Part shown: positions 1 through 10,675 of the stretch, in pieces
Position numbering within the stretch: the first letter of the stretch is position 1
Layout of the letters: the number at the start of each line of letters is the position of its first letter
DNA from: Sedimentisphaeraceae bacterium JB056
Lineage (GTDB): Bacteria; Planctomycetota; Phycisphaerae; Sedimentisphaerales; Sedimentisphaeraceae
Reading direction: 5' to 3'
Assembly: GCA_044440125.1 (NCBI GenBank)
Contig: JBITAJ010000022.1
Location: 387,731-451,730, forward strand
Length of the DNA stretch: 64,000 nt
Notes under the pieces: generated by a model
Database searches by the model: none
What the model was told of the DNA's origin: nothing
What the model saw: only the letters and a program-made list of their open reading frames with translations
Position numbers and translations under genes: made by a program

Positions 1-84
1 GTCTCCATTCAACAGCCATGCAGTTAAAATACCTCTTATTTGATTATATCACAATATAAGGATAAATCAAACATTAGGTCTGTT

Positions 85-1434
85 TCATACAACAAAATCT
101 TCTTCTGAGAAAGTAAGTTTTTCACCTTTTTCAATGGCTTCGTTAACTTTCAAGACAGTTACAGCACTCTCAAAACCAATTTCAGGAGGACAATTGAGAG
201 TAGTTTTACCACGAACAGCATCAAAGAAATTCTCAAGATGCGGCTGGTGATACTTCTTATCCATAGTAGCATTAATACCGTAAGCAGGCGGAGCTTCTGT
301 TTCTCTGACATCCAGCAGCGAGCCGCTGTCTTCAGTTTTTTCCGGCTTTTTCTCTGCGACAGGCTCTGTTATTATACCCGCCTTGACCCATTTCTCCCAA
401 TCAGGAGATGATGGCTCTCTGTATATGCCACCTCTTGAAGACGACTCTGAAATAAACAATGTTCCCTGGTCGCCCATAAATGTCTCATAATATCCACCAT
501 TACTATTTGTGGTAAGAGTTTGATAGTACGCCCTTACCATACCCTTTGGCGTTGGATATTCATATATCGCAAGTACATTATCATACCACTGGTGTGTCTT
601 GGGATCATAATAATCAGTCCCGCCGCTTGCCATTACAGAGCTTGGTTTAGTATCAAGGAACCAGTTATAAATATCAATCTGGTGAGAGCCGAGGTCAACT
701 ATAGGCCCGCCGCCTAACCCCTTGTACCAACGCCAGTTCCTGAATTGCTGCATATCCTCAAAACCAAACTTATTAAGCAGCTCAGTGTCAATAGATGCTT
801 TTTCCGGCCACCCAAGCAAAGGTTTGGCAGACCTGTTCCACTGCCCATTTATATTTGTAATGCGGCCAACTAAATCAGCTTCATTGATTATCTTATCGTA
901 ACAATGCTGATACCTTGGATTGCTTCGTCTCTGGTGGCCTATCTGAAGGAGTTTACCCGTCTCTCTGGCCGCAAGGACCATTTGTTTGGCCCCTTCGATA
1001 GTATTGCTCATCTCTTTCTCGCAATACACATTGAGTCCTGCGTTGAGACAATCAACGGTTTGCTGTGCATGCCAGAAATCAGGCGTCGCAATTATTACAG
1101 CATCAAGGTCCGTTTCTGTCGCAAGCATCTCTTTGTAATCAACATAAGAATTGACCGTATGCTTGTATGCCTTGAGCATCCTTGATACTTTTCTCAGGTT
1201 GTAGGCTTCCCATATATCACATACAGCCTTAAATCTTATACCGGGTATTTTCAAACATGTATTTACCAATACCTGTCCCTGCTCACCGGCACCTATTATA
1301 GCTACGTTAAGATCGTCGCTTGAAGATCCTGCTGCCCTGCCTGTCATGGCGGTAGCCATGCTTATACCGGCGCCGGCAATAGCTGTTGTTTTCAGAAAAG
1401 TTCTTCTGTCCATCTTAATTTTTTCAGTATTCAT
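85..1434 (-). CDS. Gfo/Idh/MocA family NAD(P)-dependent oxidoreductase, Tat-exported
   Basis: DRRTFLK twin-arginine motif; IGAGEQG Rossmann motif; ATPDFWH, CEKEM and DLGSHQID motifs. Confidence 0.9.
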   Translation of the reverse strand: MNTEKIKMDRRTFLKTTAIAGAGISMATAMTGRAAGSSSDDLNVAIIGAGEQGQVLVNTCLKIPGIRFKAVCDIWEAYNLRKVSRMLKAYKHTVNSYVDYKEMLATETDLDAVIIATPDFWHAQQTVDCLNAGLNVYCEKEMSNTIEGAKQMVLAARETGKLLQIGHQRRSNPRYQHCYDKIINEADLVGRITNINGQWNRSAKPLLGWPEKASIDTELLNKFGFEDMQQFRNWRWYKGLGGGPIVDLGSHQIDIYNWFLDTKPSSVMASGGTDYYDPKTHQWYDNVLAIYEYPTPKGMVRAYYQTLTTNSNGGYYETFMGDQGTLFISESSSRGGIYREPSSPDWEKWVKAGIITEPVAEKKPEKTEDSGSLLDVRETEAPPAYGINATMDKKYHQPHLENFFDAVRGKTTLNCPPEIGFESAVTVLKVNEAIEKGEKLTFSEEDFVV

Positions 1435-1468
1435 ATCAGTAATAACCTCTCGATTAAGTTTGTATAAA

Positions 1469-2290
1469 TTAGTTTTCGGGTAGCTCTATAATCCATATAT
1501 TGCGGAACTTCACTGAATTCAGATGATCCTGCAGAACCAAAGGAAGCTTGTCAGCATGAGCATTATACTTGTTTTTGAGTACTCTCTCAGGTCCTTCACC
1601 TTCGGCAATAAGCATGCCTTTAAGCTCAAAATGATCCTGAACTAAGACTCCGTTATGAAAAACCGTCATATAACCAGGCTTTGTAAGCTCACCATCTTGA
1701 TCGAATCGCGGACGTCTGAAAACAATATCATAGCTTTGCCATTGTCCCGGTTCTCTCGAAACATTGAAAATCGGCGGATTTTGAGCATAAATAGCGGAAG
1801 CTTGTCCATCAGGATAAGTTGTATTATTGTAAGAATCAAGGATTTGCACCTCGTACATACCCATCAAATAAACACCGCTGTTACCCCGCATCTGTCCCTG
1901 CCCTTCAACCTTGTCAGGAGATGCCCATTCAACATGAAGCTGACAATCACCAAAGCTCTGATTGGTCCTTATGCTGTTGAGAATTCTCTTTCCTTCAGAA
2001 TCTCTCAAATCGGCAACTTCCATATAACCATCTTCAACTTTCCACAAAAACGGTTGAGGATCGCCATTGGTCATATGCCATTGCGAAGTATCTTCTCCGT
2101 CAAATAGTATGATCGCATTCGATGGTGCATCCCCGCAATTCTCGCCAGGTGTTATAACCGGCGGCTGCGGTCTGTCAGGATCATTGATCTTCCATGTATC
2201 AGCAACAGCGATATTCTCTGTATTATTGCAGCCGCTAAAAATCAAAACGCAGCTTATTAACGATAATGTAACTAATATTCTGTATTTCAT
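1469..2290 (-). CDS. DUF1080 (3-keto-disaccharide hydrolase/lyase-like) lipoprotein
   Basis: Lipobox FSGC; LFDG, GNSGVY, YEVQILDS, GQWQSYDI and LQDH motifs. Confidence 0.88.
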   Translation of the reverse strand: MKYRILVTLSLISCVLIFSGCNNTENIAVADTWKINDPDRPQPPVITPGENCGDAPSNAIILFDGEDTSQWHMTNGDPQPFLWKVEDGYMEVADLRDSEGKRILNSIRTNQSFGDCQLHVEWASPDKVEGQGQMRGNSGVYLMGMYEVQILDSYNNTTYPDGQASAIYAQNPPIFNVSREPGQWQSYDIVFRRPRFDQDGELTKPGYMTVFHNGVLVQDHFELKGMLIAEGEGPERVLKNKYNAHADKLPLVLQDHLNSVKFRNIWIIELPEN

Positions 2291-2306
2291 AATAACCTCA
2301 ATTCAT

Positions 2307-5123
2307 TTATAATTCGGTGTAAAGATGACCTGCCTCTGCTTTGAGTCCTTCATTCCTTGTGTTATCACGTATCTTGCCTATAATTTCTTTCATCTTATCC
2401 TTGTCAACATCCCATCGAACCCACCATCCGAGTTTGACGGCTGCAACTTCTGCCTCGGCCTTGAGCTGAGGATCATCTATATACTCTGAGACCATAAGAA
2501 ATGCCTTTGGAGATTTCGTACTGCTCAAGCCGGAGAAGATCATACGCTTTTCCTGTACTGTTTCAGCAAGCTCCATAGCTTTGAAATACAACTCAGCGGT
2601 CTCATCGTTAGGTCTGTCGGAAGGCAAACCGATAAGCTTTATGAATCCTCGTAATGAAAGAATGCGTTTCTTTTTATCCGGAGATTTTTTTGCATATTCA
2701 AACAATTTCTCTTTAGGCTTATCAGTAGGCCATTTAGAAAGCGCGTCAATAGCAGCGTACTGCATATCCAGATCATCACCCGACAAAGCCATCTCAAAGA
2801 CCTCAACAGAACTGTCGAGCCCAACACTGCCAAGTATATTAAGAATATGCTTCTTATTCTTTACATCCTCAGTTTTAACCCATTGCTCCTCTAATCCATT
2901 TACTTCAGCGGCTTTATCATCTGACTTATTAACAAGATTTATGAGTATTCTTTCAAGATATCTCTTCTCGCTTGAGCTATCGGTATTCAATAGCATATCG
3001 GTAAACTGAGTAATATACGAAGTGTCTGCAGCAAGTTCAAGGGCATTGAACGCTTCTCTTTTCACCTTTCTGTCATCGCTGAAGGTAAATTGTATCAGCT
3101 TAGCCGTTGCATCATTTATATAACGACCGCCGCAGGCTCTGACAAGCTCTATAAGAGACTCGCCGCTTTCACTGTCAAGAAGACTTATAATCTCTGAATC
3201 AATCTCTTCGCCACTTAAAGAATAAAGTGTATCTCTGGAAGCTTCAGCAATATCCACATCAGCTTGCGCTATTTTCGAGATAAGAATAAGAACACAGTCT
3301 TTATCATATATTTGTTTCATAGCTCTTATGGCTTCAATTGACTCGGGCTTAGGAGCTTCCTTGGCAAGATTTTTTATCATATCTAAAGCAAAAAGATTTC
3401 GAGAATCTGAAAGAGCTTTTAATACCTTAATTCTTTTCGAATCTGAAAACTGGGCATATCTTGAAAGTACGGCATCTGTAAACTTTTTGCCAGAACCGTT
3501 TCTGAGCAAATTGAGCATATTATAAAACGCAAATTCACCCGAATTCAGTTTATCAAAAACGATCATCGGATCATTCTTGCAAGATATCATGCCTTTCAAA
3601 GCAGCATACTTGAAATTATCCGCTGCTTCACTTGCCAATATCATTGAATAGGTATTCACTGCCGCCAATTTATTTGCTTTTTCAATATTTTCAGCACATC
3701 CAATCAGGGCGTTACAATAAACATTGCTCATCTCATCCGAGACATATCCTTCAAAAGATACAAGTTTTTCCAATGCTTCCTCCGTCCCTATCTCTCCAAG
3801 TGAATTTACCGAGGCATAGATCAAACTTGAATCAGAGGAACCATTCATTATACCGGAAACAGCCTCTGCCGCGCCGGCATACTTACGCTTACCAAGCATA
3901 TTAATCACGCCCATTTGTGCATAATCAAGCTTAGGTAGTATTTCAACCAACTTCTGATTTACTATTTCAGTATCATTTTGCCTCAGTGCATACAATGCAA
4001 TGTCTGCTGCCTCATCATCTTCGAGCATGTTTAAAAGAGCAGGCACCGAAATATCACTGCCAAAAACAGAAAGCTTGCGGCAGATATAATCTCTGGCCGC
4101 AAATGTCAGCTCATTTTCACTAAGAAGTTGTACAAAGATTTCTTCTATATCTTCTGTATCATGAGCCGCCACCTTACCATCAATATATGCATTCAATGGA
4201 ATTAATGGTTCCCGACCTTTATTCCAGTCATAATCTTTAAGTACATCTACAAGTAAACCGATACCGCTCTTTTCAGTTGAAGGCGTATCATCAGCCTCCA
4301 AGTCGCCGGCGGCATATTGCAATCCGGCCAGCATATGAGCAAGCAACGGACTATTCCAGCAAAGCTCGTTATTGTGGCCAAGTGAACAATAAAAGACCCT
4401 TCCCTTACCGTATTTCCTTATCCAGCTTATACCGGTATCCATATCATCATCCTGAAGATCTTTCACTCCGGCAGTAGCGGGGTCGTTCATATCCAGACTC
4501 ATCAACACCCTAAGTTTATCTCTTGAGTAATGACTGTTGGAAGTACGATATATCTCATCTTTTACATTAAACGACAAGCCGTTGAATGATTTAACAAGGG
4601 GATTGTCTGGATCATCGATTTTAACGGTCCAAACTCCGTCTGCGGTCCATGGATGCCCATTAAATATCGAACCCATCATCTGTGCGGCTTCAGGGAAATC
4701 ATAAAAACTGTCAACGGCGGCATGTATGCCTACAACGCCTTTTCCGCTATTGACAAATTTAAGCAGTGCCTTCTTCTGAGCTTCATCAAAAGTAAGTTTA
4801 GTGGTGTTATTGAAACAGATAACATCAAATTTCGAAAGACCAGCATCATTGAAGATGTTCATATCAGAGCTTATCTCTGCTTCAAGAACCCCTGTCTTCT
4901 GCCCCATAATCTGCAAAGCTTCATTCCAGTAGGGTATAGAGCTGTGTCGGTAACCATTGCAGAGATCAAAAACAAGCACACTTCGCGGAGCCTCAACCGC
5001 GGCCTGCGGCTCAAAGTTGACAGCCTGCCTGATAGTCTCTTTTTCTTTATCACTCACGGCATTACATAAAGAAGCTGCCAAAAACACTAAAAATACGATA
5101 TATTTTTTCATTGATATACTCAT
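2307..5123 (-). CDS. Secreted ThuA (trehalose utilization)-like domain fused to HEAT/ARM repeats
   Basis: Signal peptide; YRHSSIP, GKGVVGIHAA and YGKGRVFYCSLGH motifs; alpha-helical repeat C-terminal two thirds. Confidence 0.85.
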   Translation of the reverse strand: MSISMKKYIVFLVFLAASLCNAVSDKEKETIRQAVNFEPQAAVEAPRSVLVFDLCNGYRHSSIPYWNEALQIMGQKTGVLEAEISSDMNIFNDAGLSKFDVICFNNTTKLTFDEAQKKALLKFVNSGKGVVGIHAAVDSFYDFPEAAQMMGSIFNGHPWTADGVWTVKIDDPDNPLVKSFNGLSFNVKDEIYRTSNSHYSRDKLRVLMSLDMNDPATAGVKDLQDDDMDTGISWIRKYGKGRVFYCSLGHNNELCWNSPLLAHMLAGLQYAAGDLEADDTPSTEKSGIGLLVDVLKDYDWNKGREPLIPLNAYIDGKVAAHDTEDIEEIFVQLLSENELTFAARDYICRKLSVFGSDISVPALLNMLEDDEAADIALYALRQNDTEIVNQKLVEILPKLDYAQMGVINMLGKRKYAGAAEAVSGIMNGSSDSSLIYASVNSLGEIGTEEALEKLVSFEGYVSDEMSNVYCNALIGCAENIEKANKLAAVNTYSMILASEAADNFKYAALKGMISCKNDPMIVFDKLNSGEFAFYNMLNLLRNGSGKKFTDAVLSRYAQFSDSKRIKVLKALSDSRNLFALDMIKNLAKEAPKPESIEAIRAMKQIYDKDCVLILISKIAQADVDIAEASRDTLYSLSGEEIDSEIISLLDSESGESLIELVRACGGRYINDATAKLIQFTFSDDRKVKREAFNALELAADTSYITQFTDMLLNTDSSSEKRYLERILINLVNKSDDKAAEVNGLEEQWVKTEDVKNKKHILNILGSVGLDSSVEVFEMALSGDDLDMQYAAIDALSKWPTDKPKEKLFEYAKKSPDKKKRILSLRGFIKLIGLPSDRPNDETAELYFKAMELAETVQEKRMIFSGLSSTKSPKAFLMVSEYIDDPQLKAEAEVAAVKLGWWVRWDVDKDKMKEIIGKIRDNTRNEGLKAEAGHLYTEL

Positions 5124-5168
5124 CTTATATCCAGTCTGAAATCATAGACAAAAACAAAAACTTATTTA

Positions 5169-6482
5169 TCACATCACCCAGGGAGATCTCAATGATTTAC
5201 CAAGCATATTATCTGCAGACGAATCATTGATGACTTTTTCAGCTATTGGATCGAATTTAAGTTTACGGCCAAGAAGCATGGATATCATGCCAAGCTGACC
5301 GGGCGAAACCGATCTATGTGCAATTTCACAGGGGGTGATCGTTTCGGACCTGCTTCTGACACAATCAAGAAAGTTCCTTTGATGACCTGGGGACCTGAAC
5401 AGGTTTATTTCATTAGGTGAAAACTTTAAACGGAGCAACTCTCTTGAGCTTGCCTTTATCTCTCCCCTTGAGACAAACAGCCAGCCTTTCTCACCGGTCC
5501 ATTTGATTCCCTGCTTCACATCCTCATTCTGGCTGCAAACCTTTATCGGGGGAGCATTCTTATAAGTAAGGTCTATATCAAATTCATAAGGACAGTTCCA
5601 GGCTCCTTGAGGAATGAACTTACCTTTTCCATCTATCTCAACGGGCCCTTCTCTATCAAGCCCAAGCGACCAGTGCGCTATATCAAGATGGTGGCCTATC
5701 CAGTCAGTTAGCTGACCGCCGCCATAATCAAGATGCCATCTCCATCCGAAATGAACACGATTAGGAGAATAAGGAGCGTAAGGAGCCGGACCAAGCCATC
5801 TTTCATAATCAAGTGTCTCAGGAACCGGATCGGACATCAATGTATTTCGTTTGGCAATATCAAACCCCGGTCCGGCAGGCAAGCCAACCTCAACTTTCTT
5901 GATCTTACCAATACATCCATTCAATATGACCTCACAGGCATATCTGAAACTGGTCTGAGATCTCTGCCAGCTTCCAGTCTGCCATATACGCCCGTAACGC
6001 TCAACTGCCTCACAGATCGCCCTCCCTTCCCTCAGGGTATGAGCAAGAGGCTTCTCGCCGTAGATATCCTTGCCCGCCTGTGCCGCCATTACAGAAGCAA
6101 CGCCGTGCCAGTGATCGGGCAATGACAGGCATACCGCGTCAATATCCTTACGTGCGTAAAGTTCCTCGAAATTATGATAAACAGAACATATCTGGTCACC
6201 ATAAAAATCGTTAACTATGCCCGCTGCCTTATCCAAATGGTCCTTGTCAATATCACATAATGCAACGACTCTGCAATCCCTCTGTTGCAGAAAAGCGTTA
6301 AGATTAGCCCTTCCCATACCTCCAAGGCCGACAAATCCTACATTTATTTTGTCATTGGCCGACACATCCTCTCCTTGGGCAAAGACTTTAGAACCAAGTA
6401 CATCAGACAGCATCAAACCGCCTAATGTTAATGTACCAGCTTTAAGAAAACTTCTGCGCCCTATATTATGATATTTTGTCAC
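5169..6482 (-). CDS. Gfo/Idh/MocA family oxidoreductase, Tat-exported
   Basis: GRRSFLK motif; VGLGGMG, LPDHWH, GEKP, QTGSWQRS and DWIGHHLD motifs; GTG start. Confidence 0.9.
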   Translation of the reverse strand: MTKYHNIGRRSFLKAGTLTLGGLMLSDVLGSKVFAQGEDVSANDKINVGFVGLGGMGRANLNAFLQQRDCRVVALCDIDKDHLDKAAGIVNDFYGDQICSVYHNFEELYARKDIDAVCLSLPDHWHGVASVMAAQAGKDIYGEKPLAHTLREGRAICEAVERYGRIWQTGSWQRSQTSFRYACEVILNGCIGKIKKVEVGLPAGPGFDIAKRNTLMSDPVPETLDYERWLGPAPYAPYSPNRVHFGWRWHLDYGGGQLTDWIGHHLDIAHWSLGLDREGPVEIDGKGKFIPQGAWNCPYEFDIDLTYKNAPPIKVCSQNEDVKQGIKWTGEKGWLFVSRGEIKASSRELLRLKFSPNEINLFRSPGHQRNFLDCVRSRSETITPCEIAHRSVSPGQLGMISMLLGRKLKFDPIAEKVINDSSADNMLGKSLRSPWVM

Positions 6483-6810
6483 GTTGGACCTTTCTTTTTA
6501 TAATGTCAACTTAACAATATATTATGCCGAATCAACTGAATTTGAGACCCTATTGATCATCAAAACGAGCTACTGGACCGTTCCACCTTTAAAGTATATT
6601 GTAATTTGGCTCAAATACTACTATTTTCGAACAGTGGTAAAATTTAAAGGTACAGTAAAGCCCGCTTAGTCATAAACTTAAACAAAATATAAACTCTTAT
6701 TTTCAAGCATTTTAGGCTCTCATCTTCCCTCTCTTAAACCCGCTAATCACATTCAGAAAAACATACAAAATATTCCTCTTGCAGTTCACAAAAGTCAAAT
6801 ATGTACATAA

Positions 6811-7764
6811 TTAAACATAATCAGAAGTCGACAACACTGTATTAGTCATCAACTCTATGCTTTTCCGAACATCTGAAAACTCAAATTCACATAAAGCTTC
6901 TACTGCTTTCAATCTATATGACTCGATCGCCTGTAACGCGAATTCATTACTTCTGCTTTTACGTAACACTGAAACGGCATCTTCATATCGCTCTTGATTA
7001 ATACAATCAATAAAGCCTTCACGGCAATCAGTTGAAAGACAGTGTATAACCGGCATAGTAAAACATCCGTTGCGAAGGTCACAGTATAAAGATCCGGTAT
7101 CGGTTTCACGGCTGAAAAGATCATCGTAATCATTCAACAGTTGGTAAGCTATACCAAAATTTTCAGCAAACACTTTTATAGCTGATATTTGAGCCTGATT
7201 TGCCCACTTATGGGAACCCAAAATACAGCTCGCTTTAAATAGCTCCGCAGTTTTGCCTTTAACTATTTTAAGATAAGTTTCAATATCTATGTTGAAATTG
7301 TTACGGTTGAAATTCTGAAGAAGTTCAGACTTGCTCATCTCTGAAATAGTACGGAAAAACAATTCAGAGATATCAGAAGTCAGCATATCCCCTGCAAGCA
7401 GAAAAGCATCACTCACAAGAAAATCACCCATAAGTATGGCATTTTTTCTGCCAAAAGCTGAATTGAAAGACGCCTGATTTCGTCTTATGTCTGTGGAGTC
7501 AACAACGTCATCATGAAGCAAAGATGCAGTGTGAATCATTTCAATTACAGATGAGAGAACAATATGCTCAGTAGAAATTTTCCCTTTTAATTCAGCGAAT
7601 AAAAGAAGAAATGAAGGCCTCAGCATTTTACCATATCCAGACTTGAGTTTATCAAACACCTCGCGAAGTCCCGGATCACTTACTGTGAATTTTTCGTCAA
7701 GCATTTCCCTGACGTTTTCAAGACCTAAACGGACATTTGCTGGTAAAACATCTTCAACATTCAT
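6811..7764 (-). CDS. Polyprenyl diphosphate synthase (IspB/HepT-like)
   Basis: GKMLRP, EMIHTASLLHDDVVD..RR and KTAELF motifs; start reset to ATG 7764 to avoid overlap with the aldolase gene. Confidence 0.85.
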   Translation of the reverse strand: MNVEDVLPANVRLGLENVREMLDEKFTVSDPGLREVFDKLKSGYGKMLRPSFLLLFAELKGKISTEHIVLSSVIEMIHTASLLHDDVVDSTDIRRNQASFNSAFGRKNAILMGDFLVSDAFLLAGDMLTSDISELFFRTISEMSKSELLQNFNRNNFNIDIETYLKIVKGKTAELFKASCILGSHKWANQAQISAIKVFAENFGIAYQLLNDYDDLFSRETDTGSLYCDLRNGCFTMPVIHCLSTDCREGFIDCINQERYEDAVSVLRKSRSNEFALQAIESYRLKAVEALCEFEFSDVRKSIELMTNTVLSTSDYV

Positions 7765-7804
7765 ATTCTTCGTGCCATTCTCAATATAAATCTTACTATT
7801 AATA

Positions 7805-8515
7805 TCAGAAATACATATCTTCCAGTGAACTGTTAACCCCGGGGGCACCAAAGAGCGGCAAATCCCTCTCAGTCATCACATTACCAAGATCAGCTACAGC
7901 CTGTTTGCTAAGCTCTTTCAAATTGCCAGCCGCCATAGCCGTTAAAATCGATTTAACGGAACTTTCAAAAAGCTCTACCGTCATAACCGTCCACTTAATA
8001 TCTCCGGTAGTCATGGTAACAAGCCCATGATTTTCCATAATAAAACTATTGTACTTATCCAGATAAGGCAGAAAGTTATCAGCAAGCTCCTGTGTCAAAG
8101 GCTGTGCATAAGGCACGACGGGAACTGGCCCGACCTCTGTAACTGTCTCCGGATAGTACGGCTTCATAAGAACATCGGATTCCTTCATTATAGCAGCAGC
8201 ACAGGCAAAAGGAGGATGGCAGTGTATTACCGATGTTATATCTTTACGTTTGTTAAAAAAGTTAAGATACATAGGCTTCTCACCCGTCGGCCTCTTAGTA
8301 CCTTCAACAGTATTACCCTTAAGGTCTATAAAAACCACATCATCCTTCGTTATATCACCTTTATTCATCTGGGTTGGCGTTATAAGTACAAGGTCATCCT
8401 CAAGTTTCCAGGCAAGATTCCCGCCAAAACCCGTTACATAAAGATTAGCCGCAAGTCTTTGGCAAACTTTAACGAACAAATCGACTTCTTTACTATATTT
8501 TTCCACAAATTTCAT
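7805..8515 (-). CDS. Class II aldolase/adducin family protein (FucA/RhaD-like)
   Basis: GGNL, ITPT, PTGE, HCH and MENHG metal-binding motifs. Confidence 0.85.
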   Translation of the reverse strand: MKFVEKYSKEVDLFVKVCQRLAANLYVTGFGGNLAWKLEDDLVLITPTQMNKGDITKDDVVFIDLKGNTVEGTKRPTGEKPMYLNFFNKRKDITSVIHCHPPFACAAAIMKESDVLMKPYYPETVTEVGPVPVVPYAQPLTQELADNFLPYLDKYNSFIMENHGLVTMTTGDIKWTVMTVELFESSVKSILTAMAAGNLKELSKQAVADLGNVMTERDLPLFGAPGVNSSLEDMYF

Positions 8516-8560
8516 ATTTTTTCAACCTTTTTATTAAATATTCAGTACTTCAAGTTATAT

Positions 8561-9607
8561 TCAGGGAATTATGACAACTTTCATAGCACCAGTAGAAGGA
8601 TCGGACTGGACTTTAACCGCCTCATTGAACTTATCCAGATCATAAGTGTGAGTTATTAATTTTTCAGCATTGATCTTGCCCGAATCGATAAGATCACGAG
8701 CCTCCAAATAATCTCTCTTAACAGAGCTGTTGGCACCGTGAATATGCAGTTCCGGATAATGTATGAGATTAAGATCGATCAGTTCGGTAGGGTCGGATTT
8801 CGGCATTCCTGCAAAAATCGAAAGATGACCGTCTCTTGCAAGCATATCCAGACCTGTTTTAACAAGCGACTTTACAGATGCCGCCACGACAACAACATCC
8901 ACTCCTCTGCCACCGGTGTTTTCCTTTACCCACTGAACAGGGTCCGCTACTGAAGTATTTACAAAATCATCAAACGGCAGGCCAAGCTTTTGATGAAGAG
9001 CAAGTCTTTCCTGTGAAACATCCATAACTGTAACTTTTTTTACACCTCTTGCTTTGGCAACCATCCCGTTTAGAACACCGATTATACCGCCGCCGAATAT
9101 TACCACATGCCTTGCTTCTTCCATAGGTATGCATCTCATACCATTCACGCAGCAGCTCAGAGGCTCAAGTATCGTACCGGTCGGAGCCGACATTGAATCC
9201 GGTATAGGTATCAGACAACCCTGCCTGACACCATTTTCAGGCATTATCATATATTCCGCAAAACCGCCGTCATATTGATAACCGATTGCGGTAAAACCGT
9301 TCTCACAAAGATTCTCACGCCCTATTTCACACATAGGGCAGTTTCCGCAACCGATAACGGTTTGAACTGCATATCGCTTACCCAGCTCTATACCTTCAAC
9401 GCCCTCACCCGTCTCAACGGCCGTACCTACAATTTCATGTCCGACTATAGCAACATCAACATTCTTTTCACCCTTGAGTACCCTCTGATCAGTACCGCAA
9501 AGGGCGCACGCCTCTACTTTGAGCAGAACCTCACCTGTTTGAGGTGAAGGCTTTTCAACATTTTCGATCTCTATAACCGCTGGTTTCTTTATAACGGCAG
9601 CTTTCAT
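8561..9607 (-). CDS. Zn-dependent medium-chain alcohol/polyol dehydrogenase
   Basis: CGTD, GHE, CxxCxxC...C and GGGIIG motifs. Confidence 0.88.
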   Translation of the reverse strand: MKAAVIKKPAVIEIENVEKPSPQTGEVLLKVEACALCGTDQRVLKGEKNVDVAIVGHEIVGTAVETGEGVEGIELGKRYAVQTVIGCGNCPMCEIGRENLCENGFTAIGYQYDGGFAEYMIMPENGVRQGCLIPIPDSMSAPTGTILEPLSCCVNGMRCIPMEEARHVVIFGGGIIGVLNGMVAKARGVKKVTVMDVSQERLALHQKLGLPFDDFVNTSVADPVQWVKENTGGRGVDVVVVAASVKSLVKTGLDMLARDGHLSIFAGMPKSDPTELIDLNLIHYPELHIHGANSSVKRDYLEARDLIDSGKINAEKLITHTYDLDKFNEAVKVQSDPSTGAMKVVIIP

Positions 9608-9622
9608 AATATATTCATCCTT

Positions 9623-10660
9623 TTAATCAAAATCAATCATTGCTTTTATCACGCCGTCTTTGTAGTCGGCAACCATATCAAAAGCTTGTTTTGTCTGGTC
9701 AAAATTGAACCTGTGTGTAGCCATAAAGCTCACATCAAACAAATTGGAAGCGATCATATCAAGACTGTCCGCAACACAATCACATTGCCGCCTGACATTC
9801 TGTATGCATATTTCCTTGCGTCTTGCCTTATCTATCTGAATCGAAATCCTGTCTTCCTCCGGTATCCCGATAAGCATAAGCTTACCGCCGGGCCTCAAGA
9901 CTTCGATAGCCTGATCGATAGCTTCCTGTTGACCGCAGCATTCGAATACTGCGTCAAGGCCGCCGGGTTCTTTTTCAAGTATCGCCGCTGCAACATCTTC
10001 TTTATCCGGATTACCGGTCCAATCGGCCCCGTTAGCTGAAACTATGTCCAAACGCGTATCTATCTTATCGGTAACATATATCGCATCTGCACCTTTTGCC
10101 TTAGCCGGCAGCATTACGCACAAACCAATAGGCCCGGAACCAAGAATACCTACTTTCGCACCGTCCATCGGTATAGATTGCTTAACGGCATAAACACCTA
10201 TTGATAAAGGCTCTGAAATAGCGGCCTCGTCAAGACTCATATTATCACTTATCTTAAAGCAAGACTCCTGGGGCATCACTATGTACTCGCTAAGACAGCC
10301 TTCTATTTGTCCGGGGCATCCAAGGAACTTAAGCTCTCTGCAGGTATGATGACGACCCATTTTACACTGGTCGCATTTCCAGCATGAAACAGCAGGCTCT
10401 ATGGCGATCCTGTCTCCAACTTTGACATCCGTTACGGCAGAGCCGATCTCAGCTACAATTCCTGAACCTTCATGCCCGACTGTAAAAGGATATTTTACTA
10501 TCTGACTTCCTATTTTACCGGAAAGATAATAATGCACATCACTGCCGCAAACACCAACTGCAGCCATTTTTATCAATACATCGGTATCTTTTTTTATGAC
10601 AGGATCAGGAACTTGACGCATTTCCATCTGCCTTATGCCGGTTAACATCATTGCTTTCAT
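9623..10660 (-). CDS. Zn-dependent sorbitol/L-iditol dehydrogenase-like protein
   Basis: GVCGSDVHY, GHE, CWKCDQC and GSGPIG motifs. Confidence 0.88.
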   Translation of the reverse strand: MKAMMLTGIRQMEMRQVPDPVIKKDTDVLIKMAAVGVCGSDVHYYLSGKIGSQIVKYPFTVGHEGSGIVAEIGSAVTDVKVGDRIAIEPAVSCWKCDQCKMGRHHTCRELKFLGCPGQIEGCLSEYIVMPQESCFKISDNMSLDEAAISEPLSIGVYAVKQSIPMDGAKVGILGSGPIGLCVMLPAKAKGADAIYVTDKIDTRLDIVSANGADWTGNPDKEDVAAAILEKEPGGLDAVFECCGQQEAIDQAIEVLRPGGKLMLIGIPEEDRISIQIDKARRKEICIQNVRRQCDCVADSLDMIASNLFDVSFMATHRFNFDQTKQAFDMVADYKDGVIKAMIDFD

Positions 10661-10675
10661 TAAATATTCTCCAAT

